Shown here: positions 1-13,475 of the stretch, in pieces | How the letters are laid out: each line of letters starts with the position of its first letter | How positions within the stretch are numbered: position 1 is the stretch's first letter | Assembly: GCA_951406725.2 (NCBI GenBank) | Contig: OX597818.1 | Location: 97,588,001 to 97,652,000, forward strand | Reading direction: 5' to 3' | DNA from: Octopus vulgaris | Taxonomy: Eukaryota | DNA length: 64,000 nucleotides | Translations under genes and position numbers: made by a program | The notes under the pieces: generated by a model | The model's input: the letters and a program-made list of their open reading frames with translations, nothing else | What the model was told of the DNA's origin: nothing | The model's database searches: none

Positions 1-567
1 CGCAAAGGTCAACTTTGCCTTTCAATAAAATGAGTACCAGTTGAGCATTGAGGTCGATGTAATCGACTCAACCCCTCCCTCGAAACTACTTTTCTTGCAC
101 CAAAATTTGAAACCAATATTTGTTCTGGCTCTTTTCGTTCCGAGATCAAATCCTGCCAAAGTCAGTTTTGCCTTTCATCCCTTCGGGGTCGATAAATTGT
201 AGTAACAGTCAAATACCGGGATCGTTGGTACCGACTGATACCCTCCCTCAAATTTTCTGACCTTGTGCTAATATTAGAAACCATTATAATGCAAGAATCG
301 TCTTCTCTTTTGGGCTACTGTAATAACTTGCTTTCTCTGTAGTTGCTGACAATGTCGCCAAAAAGTAATTTCTTTCCTTTGCAGATAATCTTGAAGCGAG
401 CAAAATCTGCTTTTAATAAATCATTTAATACTTACGTCCACGGGGAGCCATGTTGTCCTCTCTCAATATTTTCGCTGAATTAAACCAGCTTGCCCAGTTT
501 CCTGTTTTTCTTATCAAATGCAATGGCGATGTTCGCCTCGGGAGACAAATACTTACATTAACACACC

Positions 568-570
<3 letters not shown>

Positions 571-619
<49 letters not shown>

Positions 620-751
620 TTTATATATATATATATATACATATATTTATATATATATATATTTATATACATATATTTATATATATCTATACATATATTT
701 ATATATATCTATACATATATTTATATACATATATTTATATATATCTATATT

Positions 752-813
<62 letters not shown>

Positions 814-888
814 TTTATATATATATATCTATATATATCTATATCTATATATATATCCATATTTATATACATCCATATTTATATATAT

Positions 889-957
<69 letters not shown>

Positions 958-993
958 CATATTTATATATACATATTTATATACATATTTATG

Positions 994-1027
<34 letters not shown>

Positions 1028-1040
1028 CATATATTTATAT
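571..1040. repeat. Degenerate (TA)n microsatellite. Other simple repeats at 1717-1890, 2281-2446, 2640-2995, 6904-6970 (GA), 7633-7752 (GT), 11525-11640, 16431-16495 (TACA), 18120-18795, 20432-20985, 58680-58930 (AAT)
   Basis: Seen directly in the sequence. These tracts produce most of the YI/CV/TH-rich ORFs in the track. Confidence 0.97.
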
Positions 1041-1045
1041 ACATG

Positions 1046-1714
1046 TGGCAAAGTTGACATGGCCCGCAGAATGTATTCCTGGATTCTCAGAACCTTCCAG
1101 TCAAGAGATTCCCACACCATTATCCTTCTCTTCTCCACTTTTTCCCGACCCCACCTTGAATACTGCCGTCCACTGTGGTCTCCCTACACGAAACAAAATA
1201 TTATGAGAATTGAAGCTCCCCAAAGGTCAATCACAAAAAAGATAGATGGCATGTCAGACCTCGACTACTGAGGTAGACTAGAAAAGCTGAAACTGTATTC
1301 ACTCCAACGACGCCGTGAACGCTACATTATCTGTATGATGTGGAAAATATTCCATCAGCACTGTCCGAATGATGTTGGCATCACCTTCAAAATACATCCA
1401 AGGCTTGGACTACATGCTATCCGTTCACAACAAAAATCTAAATCGCATCTCATAACAACAATACGGTACAATTATTTCACCTCAATTGGACCCGCTCTCT
1501 TCAACATTACACCAGGACACGTCAAAACAGAAACTGACCACACAAAATTCAAGAAGTCTTTGGACAAATTCCTTCAAACAGTCCCGGACAAACCACCCAC
1601 ACCCGGATATGTCTCCGCAAACAATAACTCTCTGCTCGAATGGGTCTTGGTGCCCAAATCCTAAATTGAAAGACTTCGCCAGGTGGTGTTATAACTTTTC
1701 TAAGTTATTCTAAG

Positions 1715-1716
<2 letters not shown>
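1046..1716 (+). mobile_element. 5'-truncated CR1-group LINE (RT C-terminus and 3' UTR) within (TA)n
   Basis: Reads [14 protein letters not shown]...[38 protein letters not shown]...FKKSLDKFLQTVPD, with one in-frame stop at 1269-1271. Confidence 0.88.
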
Positions 1717-1768
<52 letters not shown>

Positions 1769-1891
1769 TTATATATATACATATATATTTGTATATATAC
1801 ATATATATTTATATATATATTTATACATATATTCATATATATATATATATATATATATTTATTTATATACACATATTTATATACACATATA

Positions 1892-2280
1892 GGCGCAGGA
1901 GTGGCTGTGTGGTAAGTAGATTGCTAACCAACCACATGGTTCCGGGTTCAGTCCCACTGCGTGGCATCTTGGGCAAGTGTCTTCTGCTATAGCCCCTGGC
2001 CGACCAATGCCTTGTGAGTGGATTTGGTAGACGGAAACTGAAAGAAGCCTGTCGTATATATGTATATATATATATATATATGTATATGTGTGTGTATGTG
2101 TTTGTGTGTCTGTGTTTGTCCCCCTAGCATTGCTTGACAACCGATGCTGGTGTGTTTACGTCCCCGTCACTTAGCGGTTCGGCAAAAGAGACCGATAGAA
2201 TAAGCACTGGGCTTACAAAGAATAAGTCCCGGGGTCGATTTGCTCGACTAAAGCGGTGCTCCAGTATGGCCGCAGTCAAA
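1892..2280 (+). mobile_element. tRNA-derived SINE family B (CORE-like box, internal microsatellite). Other copies at about 3120-3460(-), 7478-7962(+), 9586-9915(+), 20988-21360(-), 22641-23030(-), 25078-25420(-), 29000-29370(-), 31277-31686(+), 56380-56510(-), 62771-63180(+)
   Basis: A-box tggctgtgtggt, B-box-like ggttcagtccc, cttgggcaagtgtcttc and the shared tail ...ccagcatggccgcagtcaaatgactgaaacaagtaaaaga. Confidence 0.85.
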
Positions 2281-2825
2281 TATATATATTTATATATATA
2301 TATATATTTATATACATATATATATATATATATTTATATACACACATATATATATATATATTTATATACACATATATATATATATATATTTATATACACA
2401 TATTTATATACATATATATTTATATATATATTCATATATATATATGTAGGTCCCGGGTTGAGTCGGGGTTAACCACAGTAAATAAGGTACTCAATACATA
2501 GCAGAGTAAATTAATTTATTTTTATAGAAGGAGCTTCTACAGGACTAGAACTGTTTCATTCAAATGAAATCGTCATGATGATTTCATTTGAATGTTACAG
2601 TTCTAGTCCTGTAAAGCTCCTTCTATAAAATAAAATATTCATATATATATATATATATGTTCATATATATATATTCATATATTCATATATATATATTCAT
2701 ATATTCATATGAATATATATATATAGTAATACCAGCGATTATAATTATTTTTATTTTATCGCAATTTGATTTGTTTATATATATATATATATATATATAT
2801 ATGTTCATATATATATATTCATATA

Positions 2826-2860
<35 letters not shown>

Positions 2861-2895
2861 ATGTTCATATATATATATTCATATATATTCATATA

Positions 2896-2974
<79 letters not shown>

Positions 2975-3669
2975 ATACATACATACATACACATACATGC
3001 ACAAACAAACACGGATGAAAAAGAGTTTACGTTTTAAGAAATTATAATTAAAGCAATAATCATACAAAAAGATATACTGTATTCACATACACTTATTATA
3101 TATAACATAATACATATATCTTTCACTTGTTTCAGTTGCTAGATTGCGACCATGCTGGGACACCACCTCGGAGAAATTTAGTTGAACAGATCGCCCTTAG
3201 TACGTGTTTTCCTTTTAAACCTGGTACATATTTGATCGTCTCTTTTGCCGAACCACTAAGTAACAGGGACGTAAACACACTAGCATCAGTTGTCAAGCGG
3301 TCGCCGGTGTGTGTGTGTGTATGGCGGGGTTGACATACAGAATAAAGACACATGTATATATAATTATATAGGATATAGTAGAAAACACTTGCCCAAGGTG
3401 CCACGCTGTAGGACTGAACGTGGCAGTATGTGGTTGGAAAGCCAGCTTACTACACAGCCACACTATCATTGTCATCGGCTTTATCTCGTATCGAAAAGTT
3501 CAATTTCTTCATGTTGATCACTTCCTATATGGTGATGGCGTTGATGGCAAATTAGATCCCTTAAGAGATTCTGGAAGGATTTTTACAGTGATGTTCTGGA
3601 GCCAAATTAGAAGGATCCTAGTAAAAACTCTTTCAGTGATGGAAAGTAATGATATTCCTCTATTCCTCA

Positions 3670-4377
3670 ACCACAGCATCCAGACGACTACAGAATGTCC
3701 TGCAACTTTTCTGGACAGTCTCATTGTTTATGTTGGTGAATGCTGCCATAATCTTTGCCTTCAGTTCATCTTTGGTTTAACAAAGAATTTTGTTGGCCTC
3801 TCGCTCAACTGTACCCCACACATAATAATCAAGCGAGTTAGGTGGCCAGATGTCAGGGGTGATGTGGTCGCAGAAGTTGTCTGACAGCCATGACTGGGTT
3901 CATCTGCTAGTGTAGCATTGTGCACAGTCCTGCTGTCAGACATAGGGTCTTCCAGCAGCTACCCACTTGACCCAGGGCAGCACTACCTCCTCCCGGCACT
4001 TGATGTAGGCCTCCATGTTGAGTGTGAGGCCGTGTGTGAAGATGAATGGAGGCATAACGTCGCCATCACTAGTGATCACTCCAAACACCACGATGTTGAT
4101 TGGACGTTTGACATTTATCACTTTCTGTACTTGTTTTGGAGACACGGCAAGTCAATGGTTGTTCTGTGAGTTCACGATCTGTTCGTATTGGAGCCGCCGG
4201 CGCGAATGCAGAGCAGTGCAGCATGTCGTTTCTAAATTTCTAGCAGAGAATATTGAGTTATGGTACTGTTTTTCTCACAGACGGTGCCCATCTGACCCTA
4301 CTATACTGTGTAGTCGAAAAAATCAAAAAGAAACGTGCGCATGCGCGAAATAAAAATTATATAATGGTAACAATTTA
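3670..4377 (-). mobile_element. Decayed maT (DD37D) element, same family as 46802-49300
   Basis: Reads IVVFGVITSDGDVMPPFIF...QQDCAQC...WPPNSLDYYVWG. Its 5' region resembles the other copy. Confidence 0.75.
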
Positions 4378-4392
4378 GTCTCTATGTGTGTG

Positions 4393-4435
<43 letters not shown>

Positions 4436-5348
4436 ATATATGTATGTATGTGTGTATATATTTATGTGTGTGTCTATTTGTCCCCCATCGTCGCTTGACA
4501 ACCAATGCTGGCGTGATTGCATCCTCGTAACTTAGCGGTTCGCCCAAGTCACCGATAGAATAAGTACTAAGCTTACAAAGAATAAGACCTGGGGGCGATT
4601 TCTTCAACTAAAAGAAAAACTTTAAGGCGGTGCTCCAGCATGGACGCAGTCAGATGACTGAAACTAGTAAAAGAATAAAAGAATATGTATGTATGTATGA
4701 AATGTATGTATGTATGTATGTATGAAATGTTTGTATTTCTGTGTGTGTGTAGGTGTGTGTATAGTTTGTAGATATGGTTATAATCCAAGCTGTGCCCTAA
4801 AATATTTAAAAGATCTTTGTATATAAATATATTTGTGTGTGTGTGCCTGTATACATACATATAATGAAAACATGAGAACAAGTGGTTTAGGTATGATGTG
4901 TGTTTGGCAGGGTGGTGATGGTGGTGGTGGTGATGTTCTTTGTTAACAGGATGTGAGTCAGGGGTGGTGGTGGAGGGGAGAAATGAAGTAAAAGGTGTAA
5001 GGAAAGCATGTTTAATGATTAACACATGCATAATTAGATGCGGGTGTAAATACATAGACGCATTCATACACGTTCACCAACACATTCTCAGAAACACACA
5101 CACACACACACAACACATACACACACACAACGCACATGCACACACGCACATGCGCATACACGCACGCACATACGCACATGCAAACACACACATTCTCACA
5201 TGCACACACGAGTAAAAGAATAAAAGAACATATATACATTAGCAATAATTATAACAATATAGAATATGGAGACTTGTTCATCCTCAGAATTTATTTTATT
5301 TTATTTTACAATTTTATACAGCATATTATTATTATTATTATTATTATT

Positions 5349-5958
5349 GAGTGAGCGAGCAGAGCATGCCATCAAAGTGACACTGGGGTAAAATATACGA
5401 AGCCCAATATACCCATCATGACTACCCGTCTGATAAAGGTACACCAGGCACATGCATCACAACCATATGTGCGCGACATGGTGATCTCATATCAAGATAA
5501 ACAGCACATGAACTTGCAGGTGGAGCCCAGTTAGAATTTTCTTCAGATCGAGTAACCCATCCCGCTCAAAAGGTCCCTGAATAAGGGTTGTTTAAGGACG
5601 TTGAACGAAACACCCATGTTTCCAGAGGTGAATTATTCAAACCCCAAAGAATCCTTCTCAACACATGGCTATGATGCTCCCCCACTACTTCTGCTCGTGA
5701 TCAGAGATGCACATACTGTCAGCCACTAAGGGACATGCCCAACTGGTTAAGGTCAAACAACTGACAAGCAAATCTGTGGTATTGAGCAGAATATTTGCTG
5801 TAGCCCATCTTTTATACTAAGACAAAACAATGTACATGATAACACTTCCAATCAGTTAAGATCAGAAGCCATGAGAGCCACTGCCTGGTACTGCATCAGG
5901 GCATGATAACACTTCCAATCAGTTAAGATCAGAAGCCATGAGAGCCACTGCCTGGTAC

Positions 5959-5959
<1 letters not shown>
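5349..5959 (+). mobile_element. Non-coding repeat of about 550 bp embedded in (TTA)n; second copy reversed at 57898-58439
   Basis: Two full-length similar copies, both flanked on each side by (TTA/TAA)n. This copy has a 58-bp terminal duplication (5835-5892 and 5902-5959). Strand is arbitrary. Confidence 0.75.
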
Positions 5960-6021
<62 letters not shown>

Positions 6022-6903
6022 ATTATAAGTAGAGGCGCAATGGCCCAGTGGTTAGGTCAGCGGACTCGCGGTTGTAGGGTCGCAGCTTCGATTCCCAGAC
6101 TGGGCATTGTGAGTGTTTATTGAGCGAAAAACATCTAAAGCTCCACGAGGCTCCGGCAGGGGGTGGCGGTGAACCATGCTGTACTCTTTCATCACAACTT
6201 TCTCTCACTCTTCCTTCCTGTTTCTGTTGTACCTGTATTTCAAAGGGCCAGCCTTGTCACACTCTGTGTCACGCTGAATCTTCCCGAGAACTACGTTAAT
6301 GTTACACGTGTCTGTAGAGTGCTCAGCCACTTTCACGTTAATAAATGAGCTGCGACGTCACTGGTGCCAAGCTGTATCGGCCTTTGCGTTTCCCTTGGAT
6401 AACATCGGTGGCGAGGAGAGGGGAGGCCAGTATGCATGGGCGACTGTTGGTTTTCCATAAACAACCTTGCCCAACTTGTGCCTCGGAGGGTAACTTTCTA
6501 GGTGCAATCCCATGGTCATTCATGACCGAAGGGGGTCATAGTTATTATTATTATTATTATTATATAAAAGTAATTATTTAAACTTTGGGTATACAACTAT
6601 TAGCATGCCGATTAAAGTACTTCCACTGTCTGTGGTTATCTGATGTCATCCACAGTTTTAACTTAAATGTAACTGGATCTACCTCAGGAATTCCTCAGTG
6701 TCCGTCGAGTATATATAACAAATGAGAGGAACAGAAATTGGAATTCATGAGATCCATTTCTAATCACACCGATCGTTTCGAGCCATCTTACATTGCGGGT
6801 GGGATACTGTACAACTAGTGGTGTTGCATCCTTCAGTGCAGATGTGTCACCCTGGGTGCTTTTTTAAAAAGATACCTTGCTCAATATACTAAGTTCGGCT
6901 ATA

Positions 6904-6976
<73 letters not shown>

Positions 6977-7639
6977 TCGATAGTACAAAATAAACTTTAA
7001 CAGTAATCTTTATATCCAACTTATAAAGTATCAACGAGATTTGACTGCCATGTGGTCACCTGGTACTTGCCACTGACGAGGTCCAACAAACCGAAATTAC
7101 GTGCTATGAGAATTCCAGCGCCTATGACAGACACGTTTCGTCTGGTACGATTTATGCGTGTGTTTTTATGCACCAAAAGCTGAAACTGAAAGCTAATAAC
7201 GCTGAAAAGAGCATCTCTGAAAGCTAATAACGCAGAATTCGGTGTTCTGACAAGACATCCATGTTAGGTTGGATGTAAAGATCACTTTTCGGTATTAATA
7301 CTGTTCCCGTCGCCAATAATCAGTTTTTAAATAATCTCTATTTGTCGACGAACTGATAATAATTACTATACTTTGCTTTATCTTACATCTTTCGCTTCTT
7401 TCAGCCACTGAACGGGTTTAGTCGAACAAATCGATTCCGGCGCTTATTAAAAAAAAAAACAACTTTTGATAAGTACAGGCGTGGCTGTGTGGTAAGCAGT
7501 TTGCTGCCCAATCACATGGTTCCAGGCTTAGTCACACTGTGTGGAACCTTGGGCAAGTGTTTTCTGCTATAGCCTCGGACCGACCAAAGCTTGTGAGTGG
7601 ATTTGGTAGATGGAAACTGAAGGAAGTCTGTCGTGTGTG

Positions 7640-7731
<92 letters not shown>

Positions 7732-8829
7732 CGTGTGTGTGTGTGTGTGTGTTGCGTTTGTGTGTCTGTATCTGCCTTCCCCACATTCGCTTGACAACCG
7801 ATGTTGGTGGTTCGGCAAAAGGACCGATGGAGTAAGTACTAGGTATACAAAGAATAAATCCTAGGACCGATTTGTGATTTGTTCGACTAAAGGCAGTGCT
7901 CCAGCATGGCCGCAGTCAAATGACTGAAACAAGTAAAAGAATGAAAGAGTAAAAGAATAAAAGTATCACTGGATCTACCTCCGTCGAGTATATCATAAAT
8001 GAGACGAACAGAAAGTAATTATTTAAACTTTGTCGAACCATGAAGTTACGGGGGCGTAACGTAGCGTAGTATAAATTCGGGGATTTGGGATTTGGGGTTT
8101 GGGTTCGCTTTAGCAAAAATTCAATCAACGACTATCACCACCACCACCACCACCACCACCACCACCACAACAACAACAACAACAACAACAATTACCTCTA
8201 TCACTCTCACACTATCATCACTACTACCACCGACCCCACCACCATCATCACTACCATCGTAACAATCACTCCCGCTACCATTTGCCACCACCACCACTGC
8301 CATCACCACTACCACCGCCGCCGCCACTACCACCATCACTGCCACTATCAACGTCCAAACACTATTAAGTAATACACCTCAAATCATTTTGGCACACCAC
8401 ACATCATCTTAAGCCCACGTTTCAAACATTCTCAGGTGAACACTGCTGTTTTGGTTAATTTTTATCTTCAATATTCTAATGATATTTTTACTTATCGTTA
8501 GCAAATCTGATCTACATATTGTTGTTGGTATTGTTGTTGTTATTATTATTGCTGCTGCTGCTGTCGTTTCAGTTTCATTGACTAATTTAGGAGCCGATTT
8601 TTGCGAAATTAATTCATTATGAACATTATCTTGTAAGAAATTGGCACCTAAACAAGCTATCTTATCCACTATACACACACACACACACACTAAAAACCAC
8701 TTGTATACATGGTTACTTAATGGAGTATATTGTTTCATAAAAGAGATAAATGGGCTCAAGTGATGTTTATGCTTTTTGTAAAGACATCAGTTGCGTAAAT
8801 GAAGTGAAACGACACTCACTAGGAATTGA

Positions 8830-9470
8830 GGATCTTTACCTTTTAACCTACGGATTTAAAAAAAATAATTTTTTGTAACTAAACACTTTCAAACTTCGGA
8901 CACTGGTAGAATGTGTCATATGAAACATCTTTTACTCTCAGCATTTTTGAGAAAAACTTATATTTATGAAGTAATTTCACGTTAAAGTAGTCCTATTTCG
9001 GTAATTTCAGCCAATCAATGACGTGTATTCAGATGAATAAAATTACTACCGTTGTTTGTCAACAACTACCGGCGGTGTATTTTTCGTTTGTCACTGTTAT
9101 TTATGACAACCCTAACCCCAAATCCTTAACCCTAACCCTAAAACCCTAACCCTAACACCTTATGGCTAAAACCAGTACAAACGCGCGAACGATGTCATAA
9201 ATAACAGTGACAAACGAAATATACAACCGCCGATAGTTGTTGACAAACCACGGCAGTAATTTTATTCAGCTGAATACACGTCATTGATTGGTTGAAATTA
9301 CCGAAATAGGCCTACTTTAACATGAAATTATTTCGTAAATATAAGTTTTTCTCAAAAATGCTAGGAGTCAAACATGTTTTATATGACACATTCTACCAGT
9401 GTCCGAAGTTTAAAAGCGTTTAGTTACAAAAAATTATTTTTTTAATCTATAGGTCAAAAGGTAAAGATCC
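8830..9470. mobile_element. Palindromic Merlin-type MITE with a central (CCCTAA)n tract
   Basis: About 280-bp inverted arms with GGATC...GATCC termini. 8-bp TSD GGAATTGA/AGAATTGA. Confidence 0.85.
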
Positions 9471-11536
9471 AGAATTGACATCGCCTCGAATATTCTTCAG
9501 CCAATCCACGAGAGATAGCATATGCTTAAAGCTTTCCAATATTCTTGTCTCTATCGACTATCAAACTTTATTGCTTTACAGAATGTGTGGCACTTTGGGC
9601 AGGTGTCTTCTACTTTAGCCTCGGGCCGGCCAAAGCCTTGTGAGTGGATTTGGTAGACGGAAACTGAAAGAAGCCTGTCGCATATATATATGTATGTGTG
9701 TGTATATGTTTGTGTGTGTGTGTCCCAATATCGCTTGACATCGATACTGGTGTGTTTACGCCCCCGTAACTTAGTGGTTCGGCAAAAGAGACCGATAGAA
9801 TAAGTACTAGGCTTACAAAGAATACGTCCTGGGGTCGATTTTCTCGACTAAAGGCGGTGCTCCAGCATGGCCGCAGTCAAAATGACTGAAACGAATAAAA
9901 GGAAAAGAATAAAAAAGTCAGCATCCAATCAGCGACACCAAAACAGCTGTGCCGAAACGTCTCACACCCTTCTACACAACGGCCTGTAATTTAGGCACAA
10001 AGCCAGCAGTTATAGGCGGGAAGCTTGGTCAGTCAATACCATCGACCCCTGTACTCGGTTGGTACTTTATTTTATCAATCCTGGAGAACTGAAAGACAAA
10101 GTTGACCTCGACGGGATTTGAACTCAGAAAATAAAGGAACCGAGGAACCACTGCAAAACATTTTCCCAATGCTCCGGCCCGACTGTATAATATTTAGTCC
10201 TTATGCCTGTCGAACAATTATCTAAAATCGCATTCATTGGTATTATTTTTTGTTCAAACCAGTAGACTTACCATGAGTTTCTGGCATCATTTTCGTATGT
10301 ATTAGTTCAGAGGAGAAGCAACGGCCATGAACTTTATAAGCTTTCAGATCTGGTTAGATTTTTGAAGAAGGCGGCTGGAGCAAAAGAGAAATTATCTTCA
10401 ATCATGTTTTATTGATAACATTTAACATTTTGCTTTTACAATATTTACAATCGTTAAATACATCTGTTTGAATCAAAGAGTAATTGTCAAAGAAAGAGTG
10501 AAACCTAATTTGTTGTGGTAGGAATAATTCTCCAGCGAAGAAATTGTGGGTTGAAAATTGTCTTATCAAATGAGAGACTGAACATATACGTAGCTTCCAG
10601 TTGCAATAAGCCAAGTGTACCCCCACATTTCAGAGAGAGAGAGAGACGAATCTGGGTTTTTTTTTGTATGCTTTCCCCAGAAAGTTTTAAAATGTTCTAG
10701 CGGCAATTTTAGGTGCGAAAATTAAACTTTTCCTTTAGGTTGCCACGCCTATCAAAAGCTGGTGTTACTGATGTTTGGCTAAATATTACCATCTGTAGTA
10801 TTGCTATTTACTAACAAACAGTCATCAGTCTATTTTGCCAAACGTAGCACTGCTGCCCGTCAACTATCTTGGTTTTAGAACTTAGACGTTCACGTTCGAC
10901 TCTCAAGAAAGCTAACTACTATAAACAAGATCATTAGTATTAGGTCGTTGGCTGCAGAGAAAATGCTAACTGCCAAAGGCAAGATCAGTTGTGTTCGATC
11001 ATTGACTGCAAGGAATATATGGCAGTGAGGGAATTTTTAGAGAGCTAATGTTCGTGAAAAGGAAGTAATGGATGATATGATTCGTGTAGAGTGAAGGCGC
11101 ATGGTTAGACAATTCGGCTTACGATCGTAAGGTTGTGAGTTCGATCTCCAGTTGCGCGTTATGTCCTTGAGCAAGACATTCTATTTCACGTTGTTCCAGT
11201 GCACTCAGCTGGCAAAAATGAGTCGTACCTGTATTTTAAAGGGACCAGCCTTGTTTACACTGTGTCTCACGCTGAATCTCCTTCCGAACTACGTTAAGGG
11301 TAAACGTGTCTGTGGAGCGTTCAGCCTCTTACATGCCAATTTCACAAGCAGGCTGTTCCGTTGATCGGATCAACTGGAACCCTCGTCGTCGTTGTCAGTT
11401 AGGCTCGTGTAGAGCTGTGGTTCTCAACCATTTTTTAAAACTTAGCTACACACAAGAGAAAATGAAAGAAAAGTCAGTTATTCTTCTACGATTTTTGTAA
11501 ATTCTTAAATATATCTCCTTCTGTATGTGTGTATAT

Positions 11537-11640
<104 letters not shown>

Positions 11641-13053
11641 TACCAAACAAACATGATTTTTATTGAACTCTACTTTTTGGAGTCCCATTCTGATTACTTT
11701 CTCAAATACTTTCTTGTAAACTGTTTTTAACATTTTCATATTGTCAAAGAATGTATTTCTATTTTTTAATACTTTTGTGATAACCAGTACTTAACACAAC
11801 AAAGCTCATACAAAGCTTTACATTTTACTTTCGACAATCTTTTTCTAAAAATGTGAAACCGGTCAAGTGAATAAACATCTTTAAAATTGCATTTTCAAAC
11901 CTTCTTTCATATATATTTCCAATAGTGCGGTACCTTACAACTTTACTTTGCAATATATATATAATCAAAATAAGTAACGAGGATATCCAGAGGTAATGCA
12001 GTACGATCGTTTCACGCAACTCCATTTAATTGAACAATGCAACCATTACATCAATTTAAATGCAGAGCAGTCCTCAGCTGCACAAAGACATATAATTTAA
12101 TTAAGTTAAAACAGATGGACATATTAGTATAATTTTACCTAAAATCTTCAAGAAGTTAAGGAGATAGACAAAGAACATGCTGTCTTCACTTCAGCTTAGA
12201 GGCTACTAAGGTATCAGGAAGAAAGATTTATTGCAGATTTTGCTTGTCACTGTTTTATGGGGTCAGTTTTAATTTATAGACTAGTTATATCAAAAGGCCG
12301 AGAGAACAAGGGGCAGTGTCTGTTAGGGATAGGGCTGAGGGAATCGACAGAAATCATTGTAGGTATAGTCATAAAAAAATCAAGATTTATTAGAAGCAAT
12401 ATCATGAGATTTGGTAAAGGAAAACTTAAATCAAGATGTTAGCTGACAATTAAGGGGGTCCGGCCACTAGCAGACCATTGATAATGAAACAGGGGAAATC
12501 TTATCATGTAGTACTATAGTTAAATATTTTAAACAATATTGCTATATTTTATAAAGTTAAAGTTTAGAGTTATTCAGAGGATTATTAAGAAGAATATTAC
12601 AACAAAAAGATGAAAAGGTTATAATATTGTAGAAAATACCTACCTAGGATGCTGCACAGTGGGATTGAACCTGAAACCACTTAGCTGCAAGGCGAACTTC
12701 TTAACCGCACAGCCATGTCTACCTCTTCCAGGGCTTTAGAAAAAATACGATACGAAATTGTTTAATGATGTGAACAATGACTGTGCTGTTGAAAGAGGTT
12801 AGGTAATTATGTCCGCATCGGAGACTGTTTTCCGAGGTACCTCCTTTATAAAAGATGTACAGATCTGGCGTGATATTTACAGGTTGTGGATGAGTAATGT
12901 CTGTGTCTCTGGAAGGTTTATTAGGAGTGAATAAATGATGCCGTCTGCATAGGACTGGACATTGTTTAGAGTTGACATTTAGCATTCTTGTAATTGTACA
13001 CGAGGATGAGAGTAGACATATCCGTCTCTAAGTCGGGGCACTGGACGGTTCTG

Positions 13054-13475
13054 GGATCTTTTCGGTTTGAACGGCAGTTTTTAACATAATTTCTAGGTAA
13101 CTAAAAAATTTTAAACTTCGTATACTGGTAGAATGTGTTTATAAAACATCTTTTTCTCTTGCCTTTATTGAGAAAATTTTATAGTTTGTAAGATATTTGT
13201 TGTTTTTTTCTTCAATTTCTGCAATTTCAACCAATCACTGACGTCTATTGAGGTAAAAAACATTGTGTCGTATGAATATGTCCCTCGTTTAAGAAACAGA
13301 TTGGGTTTATTTACATTTGAGAAGAAAAAAGATACCCTTCCCCCACCCCTAACCCTAACTAACCCTAACCCTAAAACAGATTGAAATGCAATAGATCGAT
13401 ACTAGGGCCATAATTATGGGTGACAATTTCATATGGCACCGCTAGAAAAAACTGCCGTTCACACCGAAAAGATCC
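13054..13475. mobile_element. Merlin-type MITE with internal (CCCTAA)n
   Basis: TIRs GGATCTTTTCGGT(T/G)TGAACGGCAGTTTTT. Perfect 8-bp TSD CGGTTCTG at 13046-13053 and 13476-13483. Confidence 0.88.

Noticed and set aside
450-1057. Long YI/IY-rich ORFs (also at 2657-3047, 18003-18837 and 20325-21031)
   Set aside because: They are translations of (TA)n/(TG)n microsatellites. Only the 3' part of 450..1271 is real LINE RT sequence.
6031-6105. tRNA genes at SINE heads (also 40348, 44092, 49900, 61776)
   Set aside because: A/B boxes are present but I could not form a clean cloverleaf, and each continues into a repeat body.
7073-7096. Hammerhead core CTGACGA-GGT..ACC-GAAA
   Set aside because: Stem II forms, but I could not find convincing stems I and III or a cleavage triplet in any topology.
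8085-8372. His/Asn/Thr-rich 95-aa ORF
   Set aside because: It is a compound (CAC/CAA/CAT)n trinucleotide repeat with no domain or splice support.
9110-9156. True telomere or chromosome-fusion site
   Set aside because: The tract is short and degenerate, and lies inside a TIR- and TSD-bounded MITE.
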